A stretch of DNA of 64,000 nt from Tubulanus polymorphus (Eukaryota > Animalia > Nemertea): the NCBI RefSeq assembly GCF_964204645.1, contig NC_134033.1, positions 3,182,131-3,246,130 of the forward strand, read 5' to 3'. Under the pieces are notes generated by a model. It was not told the origin of the DNA, ran no database searches, and was given only the letters and a program-made list of their open reading frames with translations. Position numbers and translations under genes: made by a program. Positions 48,651-62,658 of this stretch are shown in pieces; within the stretch, counting starts at the first letter, position 1; each line of letters begins with the position of its first letter.

Positions 48651-49597
48651 TCAACAATGGAGCCACCCTTCTATTTTGCCGAGAACGTCATCCATTTGGA
48701 TATTGTCGGAGCCACCCTTATTGGATACAGGCACAAAAGCATGGCTTCTTCACGCTAAGATTGATGAAGCCACCCTTCGATCTCTCTAAGAACATAATCA
48801 GATAACAAAAGAGAATTAATTTTTTCACCTAAAACTACAAATTCAGGTTATTTCCTATTCTACTCAGAGTCTCCGGGGGTACAGGGGACATCCAAGTATT
48901 TCTCCTCGGTGAAGGACCCTGCCCTTCCAATTTGAAAAAACCCCGGATTTTTCAAGCAATTACACAAAATTATCCAAGTTAATCAGAGAAATTTCTAAGT
49001 TTAAAATGTTTACAATTCATTCATTTTCTATTGAATCACGTATTGATAAAGAATCACGCAGTAAATGGCATTATCAAAATTCCCGGAGTTTTACAGTTTC
49101 TTTAGCACAATTTGTCAAATTCCCTGAATATTTTCTAGATTTTCCTGATTCCCATTTTCTAGATTTTCCCGATTCCCTGAGTTTTCCAGGTATTTTTGTG
49201 CAAAATCCATCAAATTCCCCGAGATTTTCGAGTTTTTTTTTCTGATTCCCCGAGGCTTCTCGGGTTTTCCAGGTCAGCGGCCTAGCTGAAGATAGATTAA
49301 TCAATTGCGAAAAATCGCTCCCACTTAATTCAAGGACAACGAATTCGAGTTACGAAACAACAGTTCACCGGTACAGTCAGCTAGTGTCGCGTAAAAACCA
49401 TAATTACGCGAACCAACAAAAGGCACGAAAAAAAGCCCGGTAATATTTATTTGACACCTCGAGCGCGCGCGCGGCATCGAGGCCTAAAAACACAGTAATA
49501 ACCCCTTAAAAATAAACCGAAAAAAAAATAATTCATCATTACTATTCCGCGAAATCGTCGCGTGACCTTGAACTAGTTTCAATACAGCAGTGCAGTA

Positions 49598-49642
<45 letters not shown>

Positions 49643-49779
49643 GACCGCTGCGAGCAGACGCGCGCGCGCGCCCAGGGCTCATAGCTCCGTTAAAATATGA
49701 ATATCATAATCGATAAAAACGACAGCTGGTTCCGAACGGTTTTTTGTGACAATGTTACCGATACAAGTAGTACTGACAC

Positions 49780-49845
<66 letters not shown>

Positions 49846-51309
49846 TACACCTGCTTCAATGGGTGTCCGTGCGCTTGTGTATGGGGGGGGGGTGACCTTC
49901 ATATGAATTGTATATATTTTTATCTCCGCAGCAGGGGGGGGGGGGGGTAACTGATATGATACGCGTATAGATATGAACCGTCGTAAAAGTAGGCAACGAA
50001 CGATAACGTTTCTCTCTAGTCCAAGGTCGTTAACCTCGGCGAGAAAAATGTTCCCCGACTCTCGTTTTTTGACTTCGAAGTTGAACTCGCAGTTTCCGCG
50101 CTTCAAATTAAGGCTTCGTCATTTAAGTTTTCGGAGGCGGATCCAGAGCTTATATCGAGGGGTAGCACCCGATAAGAAGGACAATAATTATCACGAAGAG
50201 GCACTAACCACGCGTAACGAAAGGGGGGGTATGTTGGCCCTCCCCTACGAAAATTTCTAAAAATAAACCCCCGCAGATGAGATTTCCAACGATTTGAGCT
50301 TGTTTCAACCAAAGAAAGATATATATATATATATATAAAAGAGCCTTTCGACGTCCTCAGGTGGTACCGAATTTTTTACGGGAATGATTTCCGATGCCTA
50401 CTGAAAATTTAGAGGGTAGCACGTGCCCCAGGTGCTACCCCTTGGATCCGCGCCTGGTTTTCGTGTCGGGAACGTCTCAGGACTTGTCGTTTACGTTCTC
50501 ACGACTGTCAGGGTGTGTGAATCCGCGCCGCGGAGCTGGTCCGAACCAGACCCGACTCAAATTTGACCTGCTGCCTAATTAGAGAGTGCGTTCACTCGTA
50601 AACCACTCATTCCATACTAATAAATGCTTAAACTGAGTGAAGCGAGTCATTTCCGCAATCAGTTGCAAGACCCGTGCTAAAATTTGGTCCGGCCAGACAT
50701 GGTCTCATGGAACAGTTGGCCGGGGCCAAAAATGCTGGTGTGATCGCGTCAACTATCGACCCTGATAAAAATAAAGATATAACAAAATAACAAATTGTTG
50801 GATGATTAAAATGTTCATCCGAAATATTAGAAATATTTCGGGGTGGTCCCTATATATGCCACTCTTCTTCAATCTGAAATGATTAACCCTGATAAAACCT
50901 GAATTATGACTAGAACAATTTCTGGAATGAACGCAGCGCAGTATTGTCATACGATACGAGAGAACTGTTGATAGTTCAAATAAACATAGATGATGTATTG
51001 TGTATTGCGTATTGAATGAAGGTATCGGCCACCGCCGCGGGACCTGTTGTATCGATTACCAATACACGACGTATAATTCCATACTCGATAATCTAACGTC
51101 CCTCGAAGGTTTTAAACCGCCGAAAACCATCTTCCATCCATCCATCCACGCAATGGCATCATCATCATCGCCGGGGTTATTACTGGTAAAAATGAGTATT
51201 GATCAGTCTGCTGGTCGGCTGGGGGAAAGCTGCGGCAGAGAGATGGGGCAGACGGCTGAGAAGAGATGGGGGAGAGATGAAAAGAGAATGAGGAAGAAAA
51301 GAACAGGAG

Positions 51310-51756
51310 ACAGGGAGAGGGAGTTAAACAAGGAGATAAATCAAAGAACCGAGGAAGGAGAGGGAGATTAAACAGGGAGATAAATCAGAGAAGGGGAGGA
51401 AGGAGGGGAAGGGATTAAACAGGGGGATAAATTGGAGGAGGGGAAGGAGGGGAGGGGGTTAAACAACGAGATAAATCAAAGAACGGGAGGAAGGAGAGGG
51501 GGATTAAACAGGGAGATAAATCAGAGAAGGGGAGGAAGAAGGGGAAGGGATTAAACAGGGGGATAAATCAGAGAAGGGGAGGAAGGAGGGGAAGGGATTA
51601 AACAGGGTGATAAATCAGAGAAGGGGAAGGAGAGGGGAGGGGGTTAAACAGGGAGATAAATCAGAGAAGGGAAGGAGAGGGGAATGAGTTAAACAGGGAG
51701 ATAAATTAGAGAATGGGAGGAAGGAGGGGAGGGGGTTAAACAGGGAGATAAATCAG
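51310..51756. repeat. Purine-rich ~47-bp minisatellite (TTAAACAGGGAGATAAATCAGAGAAGGGGAGGAAGGAGGGG..)
   Basis: About 9-10 units. Confidence 0.85.
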
Positions 51757-53043
51757 ATATGGGGATGAGGTGTTTGGAGGTGAAGGAGAAAAAAGAGAAC
51801 ATGAGAGAGAAAGGGGCGGAGGAAGAAGAGTAGAAAGAACAGGGAGAAATAAGAGTGGAGATGAGGGAATGGGGAGAAAAAAGAAGGGAGAGAGGGGAAG
51901 GGGAGGTTGAGAGGCAAACAGCTAGGGAAGGTGAGAGCTACTAATTGCTCGTAGGAGAGAGTGAGGCAGAACAAGGGAAGAGAAGAGAGAGAGCAGAAGA
52001 AGAGTCTACGGAGCAGACGTGAGCCGTCTGACTGACTTCATGACGGGGAAGATGATAAACGATTATCATCATCACCAGCATCATCATCATCATCATCATC
52101 AATCATCCCGAAATTAATCAATAAAACCTCGCTCTAATTTCAGATGGCAAAAAATACAACTAAACCGCGTCGCAACAGATTATCTCACAAACCTGACCCT
52201 AACCTTGAAAATAAGGGGAGGTAATTAAAAAATACAGTATTCTTACCCTAACCGTAAAAAAGGGGGTGTAATTAAAAACTACAGTAGTCTTGTCAGTCAG
52301 TTCTAAACCTTGCAACTTCTTAAACGAAAGAAAATGCCTCATATTAGGCCACACAAAGAAATACCCGAGCTTCTCAAGAAAGTCAAATTCCGCCCACGTC
52401 GATAAAAGTCCACAATAAAAATCAAAAAATCAAATGCAGTCTTTAAAAAAAAAATATAAAGATAAAATTTTCATCACTTTCGAGAAAAAAATCTGATGAG
52501 AAACAAGGGTATTTCTTTGTGCGGTCTTATATTTATATATTTCCCTGAACTAAGCATCCTTTAAGCTAAAACCTTTGCGCGAGCGCGGCCGGGCTTCGCT
52601 CGTACTCAATCTAAAACGAGGAACTGCCGTCCGAAAATATCACGCGGAAACGCTTTCAGGAAACGTAGGACGCACGGGTCGACGTGGGAAGGCATTAATT
52701 TAAAGCTAAACTAAAAATAGACCAGGTCGATGATACAGAGCATGAACAGGATTAAGTCAGTTCTTCGACCTTCTACGAATACAGCCTGACAGAAAAATAT
52801 AGAATTTCGATAAATTCTATATTTCGATGTATCAAAAAATTGGAGTTGGCGTTTATTTTTTTTCATAGATTATAAAACTATTCTCGATGCGTTTGTTTAT
52901 TTATCTATAAAATCATTCGCGAATCGATATCGGTAAAGTTTTTTTATAAGCTCCACCCTGTTGTTGTTTATCAAGGAGAAAAACCTGCCAGCACTGAATA
53001 TATGGATCTTTCAAAAAATGTGTTAACTATTACACGCTATACA

Positions 53044-53410
53044 GTGAAATTGAGCCCACGCAACTGTGGAACTGGGTTCAGAGTCAAATTAAACCTACAC
53101 AACTGTGGAACTGGGTTCAGAGTGAAATTAAATCCACACAACTGTGGAACTGGGTTCAGAGTGAATTAAACCCACACAACTGTGGAACTGGGTTCAGAGT
53201 GAAATTTAACCCACACAACTGTGGAACTGAGTTCAGAGTTAGACTCAAATTAAACCCACACAACTGCGTAACTGGGTTCAGTCAAAGTAAACCCATAAAA
53301 TGGTGGAACCGGGTTCAGAGGCAAACACAACTATGGAACTGGATCTACAGTCATGTCAAATTAAACCCATACAACTGTGGAACTGGATTCAGAATCAAAA
53401 TAAACCCACA
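53044..53410. repeat. ~39-40-bp tandem repeat containing CAACTGTGGAACTGGGT
   Basis: Tandem units. The same motif forms the termini of the short palindromic elements at 27494-27760. Confidence 0.85.
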
Positions 53411-53705
53411 ATCACACTTGAAAGAAATAGATCTCTCCAAATATGCTAAAACATTTCTAATCAAAATGTTTCCTAGTATTCAATAAGGCTAAAGCAAATG
53501 CGAGAAGGACAGGTGTCAGACGGATTCTTTCTGGGACATTGAGTTAGTCCTGACAAGGACTGTGTTAAAGCGTGTTGAAATTCAACAACACCGCTGCTGC
53601 CATCTGGGGTGAGAGTAGCGCCATCTACATGACGTCTGCATCCGTCTGCTGCTGGAAGCGCCATCTACAGGAGAATATACGCATCATTTCTATGTCGTCT
53701 GCTGC

Positions 53706-54035
53706 TCAATCGGCGTCTGCGATGTCCGTCTGCTGCTGCTCTGAGGCGTATAAATCTTCTTCGTCCAACTCGATCAGACAAATCTCCCTCAACGCGTCCA
53801 TCTCGGCGGCCTGGCGCTTCGCGTATTCGTAATACAGGCGACGCACGCCCTCTATACGCGACGTCTGCAAACGCCGACTGTACATGAACGCGCGCGCGTT
53901 CGACGACTTGGCGCGCGTGAACTGCACGTCAAGCCGCGCCAAACGCTGGTCGAGCAGCACGACTTTGCGACAGGCGGCGCGGAACTTCTTTTCGATCGCC
54001 ATGAACTTCTCGATCGCGGTCGTCGTCGAAGACAT
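53706..54035 (-). CDS. Intronless uncharacterised ~109-aa alpha-helical protein (paralog A), nested in the GCKIII intron
   Basis: ATG in good context (GAAATGT), GC/CpG-rich codon-like composition, TATA box upstream. Aligns without gaps over ~66 aa to ORF 62783..63133 (E.KF......LD..L.R...QF.RA...N......RRLQ...IEGVR.....YA...A.EM). Confidence 0.85.
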   Translation of the reverse strand: MSSTTTAIEKFMAIEKKFRAACRKVVLLDQRLARLDVQFTRAKSSNARAFMYSRRLQTSRIEGVRRLYYEYAKRQAAEMDALREICLIELDEEDLYASEQQQTDIADAD

Positions 54036-54140
54036 TTCTGGTCGAAGTCCGAGTTTATAGTAATTAAAATAAAGCGTAGTAGCTGTAAAGTCGCTGATGA
54101 CTGAATGAACGGATGATGTTGATCTCGAGTCCTGGCTCTG

Positions 54141-54148
54141 TATTTATA
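54141..54148 (-). promoter_or_regulatory. TATA box of nested paralog A
   Basis: GCTATAAATA on -, about 110 bp upstream of the ATG. E-box GCAGGTG lies about 20 bp further upstream. Confidence 0.65.
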
Positions 54149-57100
54149 GCAGGTCTGCACAATACACCTGCTGTGGCTACTGTCAAACATCTGGTCCAAT
54201 CACTGTTCGGATATCAATATGACTATCGACCAATCGCTGACCACGTCTGGAGTGTGCCAGGCATGTGCCAGCACACTGCCATATCCGGGTTATTTCCGCT
54301 GGTAGGTTATTTTCGCCGACACGTAACAAAGGAATAATGCTCGGCCTTGAATATATACACGCAGTTGAATAACTAATTTAGCACACGAGGGGAAGCTTTG
54401 TTCCTCTTGTGGGGGAAACATTGTTTAGGCCGAAGCATTCAAATGCTCCCGATCCATACCTTATGCATAATGTATACAACATTGATCTTTGATGAGTCTT
54501 CTCGGCAAACAATGAATTTCCCCTCGAGTAGTAATTATTAGTTGCGTTTCATTATTCACGAAATCATCCGCAACTAAAATTCCGATTATCAAATCCGATA
54601 CGTTCGCTGTGCATTATTTGAAAGTATAGAGGATATCATCATCAATCGATTCAAGTTTAATGTAATATCTGTATCTATCGGGAGTGTTGAGATTACCAGT
54701 TTGGAATAGAGATAGCCAGCGTACACGCTTAGACATGGAGTATAGATAAATATAGAATTAAAAACCGCCCTAAACAAATTTCAAAAATTAAAATAGAAAC
54801 ACGAACATTTTATGAAAACAAAACACGAAATTAAAAACCTGACGATGGTCTCTGGAAGAGCGCGAAACTTTGCGCCGGTGAAAATGCGAAATTTGCAAAA
54901 ACTGATGATCGGATCTTGGAACAACCGATGCCAGGTCAAACTGAATGTATAAATCAAGTTTCAATCCAATTGATTCCGACTGCAATTTAGAAGGAAAGAA
55001 TTCATCTGATCAATAACTTTATCGCTTATCAATATTCTATTAACTTTTCTTTAAATATAAATATAGGAAAGAGTTTTGACGAATTATTTCTAAATATCTG
55101 GGAGCCTGAGTTACATAGTCATGCGTGCTTGCCCATAGCTAGCCCATTTTACTAAAACTTTTAAATAGGCCCTATTAGATTTATAGCTCATTCCCTCTTT
55201 ACACACGCGGAAACTAGCTCAAGAGATTAACCCCTATCATTTACAACCGAACTAAAAATGCCTGCACATCATATTCATGGTCAGAAAATTTATAACGAAT
55301 TTCTTTTTCCCAAATTGAAAAAAAAAACTAAATCATTTTCGAAGAAAAATGTTTTTCGAAAAATATAAGGAAAATTTATGTTTAAGAATTATTCTCAGTA
55401 TAAAGGCCAGCTAATTTGAACTGCTTCAGATCGGTCAGGGCGTTGGTCAGGTGCAGCTCCGATGGCCAGCATTACGTGGACAATAGGAACAAAGGATCGA
55501 TGGCCCAGTTGTCCCCCGCTGTGTTACATACCTCTAGAACGTGGACCCCCTAGCGGCGTATAACAGGTCACAAGCTTTCTGCGTTAACGTTTAACTGCAA
55601 AACTGCTCCGAAAGGTGACGAAAAATTTTGTCAGGTCTATGGCAGTTATATAATGGACTCTGGGCGCCCCACGCTGCTGTGATAGAGGTGGTGTTACCTA
55701 ACTGTTCGGACTAAACGAAACACCCAGTCCCCAATCCCCCCCCCCAAAAGATCGCAAAATATTGAGAACAACATCAATCGGGATTTGAAGAGGGATTTCT
55801 CTGTCCCGGTTATGGGGGAATAAGTAAAACAACTAGTCTATTTAACTAGTCTATTTGAAGTACCGCGCTTTCGCTACTAATGTATAGTAGCTTATAGTCA
55901 GGTGAATTTCCATTTTAAAATCATTTGTCAACAGAAGGATTTGTTACTTTCTTATAACAACAAAGTTAAGCATGGGGATTAGTTTTGAAAATCCTGTTCT
56001 AACACAATTTAAACACCTTTCACAACTGCGTAAACAATTGACATTGAATCATTTGAAAACAGAACAGGGGATCAGGCTTATGGGGGTAGACAATATATTC
56101 TAACTAAGTTCTCAAACCTCTCAAGTTCGGAAATACCAGTTTCGGAGGTGCGCGGGAACAGACTATTGGCACTAAGAAAGGGGATTAAACGTATTAACCC
56201 ATTTTAGGAATCGCTAGGCAGAGAAATCAGCCACGATTCTAATCCGCATTTGTTTTCTCAACTGGTGAGGCTGTTTTCGTTAAGAGTACAGCTGACCTAA
56301 TAAAAATAAACATTTCTCCCACTGGCGACCTAACTATTATCCAAAAATAAGGACACCTTTTTCACTAAAACCACCTCAAAAACCCAGGAGGGGGTCCGGG
56401 TTTTAACAGAAACTTCAAATCTATTTGCTATAGGTAACTTCGTGATTTCAGATGCGTGGTTCGAAGTGCAGCGCTAATTTACTGAATGGTCGCGGCAATC
56501 AAAAATTGCTTACAACGCGCTTGATTCGAATGAGGACAAAAATTCAAACTTCACCGTTTTCAAGCTTTCATAATCCTTTTCGTAAAAACTGAACCAAAAA
56601 AAAAATTCTAACCCGATTCCAAACTATTCTTAACCGCAGATATAGACATTCATCGATGAAATAATATCTTTCATAGCCTATTTTTCCGCCAAACGCAACT
56701 TAAAAATCGCCTTCACCAAAAAAAAAGATGTCCCTAGGTGTATGCTGTATACACGACATAAATGACTATTTGCTCGGTGAACTGATTCCCGACAAATATT
56801 ATTCCAAGCATTGACTTTCTACGTAGAATCAACCGCCGGGTCGTCACGCGAGCGAAAGCTATGTTTGAATACTTGATTTGCGCGACTGATAAAAACCGGC
56901 GAGCGGCGGGCGGGGCACGGCGGGCGGCGGTGAAAGCCATTTCCGTAGATAAACAAAACGATGAATTCATGTTATCGTATATCAAATATTCAATATGATA
57001 GAGTTTGAAATACCAGACCGTTTCAGACATAACCAATATTTGACTGGGCGGAAAAAATTGTTTTTTTTTTGTTGCTTGATCGTAAAGTTTTCATCGTGGC

Positions 57101-57854
57101 TCTGATTTAGTCCTTAAACGGGCAGAGCTGTGAAATAGTTCGTCGGACATCTGAATCGGCACGACCGGTCTTGTCGTCGAGTTCGCTCAGGGTAGCCAGG
57201 TCCGGCGGCTAGTCCACGCAGTGTCTCAGATTTAAGACTAGTCTTAACGAATATCTCGGTTTCGGGTCAGTTGAATACTCGAGGCTTTTTAGATTTAAGA
57301 CCAAAGACTTTCATTTGCTTCTATCGCCAATCTAACAACTTAAGACCAGTCTAAGCACATTTTGCTTCTATCGCCAATCTAACAACTTAAGAGTCTTAAG
57401 CTCATCTTGGTTCTATAACCAATCTAACAACTTTAGACCCGTCTAAACTCATTTTGGTTCTATAGCAAATCTAAACTCAGTTTAGTTTTATAACTGCGGT
57501 CAAGCTATTGTGATTTAAGACCGTTTTTGGACTTTAGATCTTGTCAAATAAATAACAGAATCAATCCCTATTTCAAGATCAAAAACAAAGCTTAACAAAG
57601 CTCGATTTCAAAATAATTAAGACCGTTGGTTCCTGACATTGAGATGGAAATATTCGCTAGATGGAAATATTCGCTACATAAAACCTCGCGGGCTTAATAT
57701 CGTAAGTATATCGTACCATACACTAATAACCATTACTCCGCATGTTTAAACAGTTGTTTTAATAAGCGTAAAAACATCTCGCGTGCGCAAGAGAGAAGAG
57801 AATTACTTGTTTTTATTAAGTTTAACAAATTCATTCGTTGTTTATTCATATTGC

Positions 57855-57903
<49 letters not shown>

Positions 57904-60208
57904 CGCTACTACTACAGACCTATACAACACTTGCGATACTCGTAATAACTACTCGCGCCGTTTAAAAAATCTAATATTTAATTCAACCCAGCAGTGAATA
58001 AACAGACAGCGTATTTTTTCCTCTTCAAGTACCGGGTTAGATCGATGAACTCATTCACATTTTTCCGCAGCCGTATAATCGGAACCCGGTTCCACAATTC
58101 TGTGAAAACGAACTAATCTTAATTTCGAAGTTAATCCTAACTCACAACTGTGGAACTTGGGCCACGGCGTTTTTCGCATTTTCTTTTCACATAATTTTTC
58201 ACCGAAGTGGTCACCGATCACGATCCGGACCGATTGAAAAGAAATTTCTTAAACTTTAACACAAATTTAACGCAATTAATTCAGAGCTCGACTCGGTATT
58301 AGGCATTAAAAAAAAGGGATCAAAATACTTCTGAATATTTCTTGAATATTTTCACGACATTTCATCGCAGATTTTTTAAAATTTGTTTCCCTTCCCAAGC
58401 GCAAAACAATGCTCCTAGTAATGACTCGACCCGCAATTGAAACAACACCTACTCAATGACCTAGATCAAAGACCTAATCAGCCTATCAGGTGCGCTAATT
58501 ACCGAGTATACTAATTAATTACTAAACAAGCTTAATTAACATTTCTTTCTGAGGAACAGTTAAGCTATATAATCAGGGTAGGTAATTATCAAATAAAAGA
58601 TCAAAGCACCTCGAATGGGCGTTCAGCTGCCCTCAGATACTACTGATCATAAATCACTTGTTTATTCGAAAAGATTATCATTTAAAGTGTTAATCGTTTC
58701 AAAACATTGGAAAAGGTGTTAACAAACCACTGTTTCAACTCAGGGCGAAATTTAAATACCCCTATAGGCGTTAACAAATCACTATTTCAACTGAGAGTGA
58801 ATTCAAAAGGTGTTATACAAATCCTTATTTCAATTTCGCTTGAAATAATCGCTAGAGCCTTTGTTTTAGGTCGAATTAAATTAGCTTCTTAGGTTCGATA
58901 AAATTTTCAACTCAACTCTTGTTTTTTTTTCTTTTTCGAATAAAAACTTCCTCAATCAGCCCATGTTTAGGATATAGTCTAAACGTAAAAATGAATATAG
59001 AATCTAGAATTCTTGCTGATGACTTCAGTATAAACTCTGAGTTAACTCTAACTTTTTTCTTTTTAAATGTATATATAGCTTTATTTCAGGGAAAATTTTA
59101 CAATAAGTTACATTTGCTAAGGTCAAAAATTGACATTAATAGCAAAGTTGTTAATTGACATTAATAGCAAGTTAACTCTAACTCTGACTATGATGTGAAA
59201 CCGGGATGGAACGAAATTAATTTTTAGAAACATTTAACCTTATTCGAACATTGAACTCGAGGCTGTAGAACTATTGATGGGGGGGGGGGGTGTGGTAGAT
59301 AGTAGGTCTGGTAAATGTCAGGCACACACTTGTCACCCACCCACGGTGTCTGGTTTGAAGGCTTAATTGAACACATACTGACCATCAGCAGATCAGGTGT
59401 GAACAGTGTCATATTATGCAATAGGGACTTGTCATTGACAAAGTCAACAAATAACAGGCACAAGTCACCGATACAAACCAGACTACCTGATCTATCTCTC
59501 CTGACGTCTCTGATTGTTGTGGTTTTTACCAGAAATGAGAGTAATTCGATATTAAAAATAGTTGAAATGGACAACGAAAGAGAAATTATTTTTTTGATCC
59601 TTAGTTTAAAACAGTCTACTCTCAAATTGTAGTTGAATTGGCAAAAAATGAAAAATGGGGGAAAAAACTTTTTTTTAACATCGAAAATAGTAGTTCGATT
59701 GAAAATGAACTAGAAATTATTCCGATTTTGCGATTATTAATTTCGATACTTTTGGGTTCAGTATTCGAGCTCTTCGAAAAGAAGTAACTACTCTCGGAAA
59801 GTCATCGTAGTCAGGTCCGAAAATAGGGAAAAGGACCTTTTCGATATCGGAAATGGAAGTTTGATCGAAAATGAACAACAAATTATGGTGATTTTTCGAG
59901 TATTTCGTATAAGTTTTGGATCGGTAATTTTGCTGTTAAATAGGGAGTAGAAACTACTGTCAAATTTCAGTCATTGCCAGGTCTGAGCAGTTCTTGACGT
60001 TCTTGTTCTTGTTCTAGCGGTTCCGGCCTATATGACGTCATCATCAGACCAACCAACGAGTTTGTACGTAATATCACTCATTGTAGTAGGGGGTAGTGGT
60101 AACTAAGGGGGATCTTAAAAGGGAATACTCGACAACTAAAGGGTTCCCATAATAACATAGCACAGTTATTACATCATCAGTAACCTAGACGAGTAGTACT
60201 GAATATAG

Positions 60209-60547
60209 CATCCTCCCCCGGCAGGGATTCGAACCTGATGGCATCGAGATTGCCACGGCACGAAACCCTGCCATAATCGACCGTGCGCGCAGATACATGC
60301 GCAGTTCAGATGATGTGATTTTTAGCCAATCAGAAATCCCGTTTTATTTTAGCCCGGGTTTTCCCATTTATAGTTCTTCCTTGAAATTTGCCTCAACGAT
60401 TATACAACGAGCAATCTGATTGGTGCCGCCAGTTTTCGTTCGGAAAGCTGCGCATGTACCTGCGCACCCGGTCTACTGATGCAGGGGTTCGTGCCGTGTC
60501 TGAGTGTAGCGATGCCATCAGGTTCGAGTCCCTGCAGAGGGAGGATG
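60209..60547. mobile_element. Mutator-like MITE with long B-box-containing TIRs and 9-bp TSD
   Basis: TIRs catcctcccccggcagggattcgaacctgatggcatcg / cgatgccatcaggttcgagtccctgcagagggaggatg. Flanks tgaatatag / tgagtatag. Confidence 0.8.
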
Positions 60548-62035
60548 TGAGTATAGGTTAACTATTTATTTGACGCACGAGCTTTCGCTACTAATGAATA
60601 GAAGCTTCATCAGGTGAACGAGTGAATACATCATCAGTGACAGGTGCATGTCACCAGTGACAGGTGCATGTTAACAATGACAGGTGCATGTCATCAGTGA
60701 CAGGTTTATGTTAACCAGCAGTGACTGAGCGAGTGGTCACGCACGCAAACAAACTGATCACAACTCAACAGGTCGGTCACGCAGACAGCTGAAATACTAT
60801 ACAGGCCCTTCAGATGTTTGATGACGAACTGACTGCAATTGAAAGGGATTTTGGAACGCAAACATAATTTCGAACAGCTGACCACTGATAACATACTTTA
60901 CTATAATAGGTTTTACTCTTCCCGAATTCAGTTTATTCTAAACCGATTTAAACTTATTTTGATACTGGACCCTGTTCCCCCCAAAAAAAAGTCCAACTAA
61001 CTATAAAGGACCATGGGTCCAGAAGAAGCAACTGAGTGACGTTTTACTTCTAGGCGTAAAAATCAATTTGTTCCGGGATTTGCACTGATAACGATGAATT
61101 CATGGTGCAATACTGTACACCATCGCGGTTCTAGACATTGAACTTGAGGCTGAAGGGTTTTCCCAGTGATGTCATCATCACGAAACTAGGTCAAGCATCG
61201 ATTAGAGGAACAGGGAAAAATTCAATGAAATTTTGCGCATTTTCTCCCAGTACTTCCAAACGGCTTAGAGCTGATGGACGAAACTTTCCACATTAATTCC
61301 GACACCTATTTCCCTCCTAACGACAAAACACCGGTGACCAGTTGCTGAAAAGTTGGCTAGAATTAACCTATTGGATAGTTGACTGAGAGACAATTGAAAT
61401 ATCATTGTTACTATAGTATTTATCCACTTTCGACCACTGAACCCAGCTGTGTATATCCAGTGGTTACACTTTGTGCCACCAAGGAGGTCACCTCCCCGGT
61501 ACCACCAAGAGCTTACGAAAGTCTTACGTTCGATCTAAAAACAGGGATTGTCATTTATTTTGTTCGATAGATTTCGCTTGATTTCGTGAACCGTCCCTTA
61601 CAAACTCAACTGTCGCTTAAAAACCGGCAGGTTTTTGTTTTGTTATAAGCTCTGAAGAGTCGAATTTCAATTGTAATCAAATTATCGTCTATAATTCTAG
61701 ACATGTTTAATGCAAATATCGTATTACATCAATCTAAATATAGCTCACTTATATTTACATAGTGGAATATTTATAAATTAAACTAGATTAGTCATAGAAT
61801 ATGAGGAAATCCTGTGACGCAGCGGTAATAAACATATTGAAAATATTTTGAAACATGAATTTATGAATGAATTGTATATTACGGTTGATAATAACATTGA
61901 GATAATCTGCTCGCGTTTTAAATCCTTCAAGCCTGCTGCGAACATACGGGGCTGTACACGTATCAGTAACCAGTTGAAATGTGCCTCAAATTCATCGGTA
62001 ATGAATGAGGGTAAGACCGGAGCGCTTATCAAGAG

Positions 62036-62300
62036 TGGTAAGAACCTCAGTAACACCTTTCAATGGGTAAGACCCTCAGTAACACCTATCAATGGGTAAG
62101 ACCCTCAGTAACACGTATCAAGGGGGTAAGACCCTCAGTAACACGTATCAAGGGGGTAAGACCCTCAGTAACACCTATCAATGGGGTAAGACCCTCAGTA
62201 ACACCTTTCCAGGGGTATGACCCTCAGTAACACATATCAAGAGGGATAAGACCCTCAGTAACACATATCAAGAGGGATAAGACCCTCAGTAACACCTATA
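62036..62300. repeat. ~30-31-bp minisatellite GGGTAAGACCCTCAGTAACACNTATCAA
   Basis: About 9 units. The core is shared with the 33-kb repeat. Confidence 0.9.
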
Positions 62301-62623
62301 AAGGGGCTAAGGGGACAATAGCATTATCTGAATTCCATAAGTTTTTTTCTGATTCTGAGTATAACAGGATTTTTCTTTTGCTAAAATTGTTCTTGATCAG
62401 TATCGGTTGAGGCAGCTGAGATTGAGAGATTTCAAACTGACAACAACTAATTAACACTACTCCACACACATACAGATAACTGTGTCAATAATTTACTTAA
62501 TTAACGAGTTAAGGCTTAATTACAAGCCCCACAGAAACGAGAAGTGATGACTGGTTAATAATTCAATTAGTAATTAATTAACTCCCAGTCAGGTGAGTAG
62601 GTATCATTCCGGGCAGCACCGGC

Positions 62624-62658
62624 TATATAAACCAGTAGCATACTGACAACAGTCAGTT
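62624..62658 (+). promoter_or_regulatory. TATA + Inr core promoter of nested paralog B
   Basis: TATATAAA at 62624-62631. Inr TCAGTT has its A at 62655, 31 nt downstream, which is canonical spacing. CAGGTG at 62590. Confidence 0.75.

Noticed and set aside
59224-59632. Overlapping ORFs of 133 and 105 aa as a third nested gene
   Set aside because: No similarity to the two paralogs, no recognisable motif, no promoter or codon signal. More likely non-coding.
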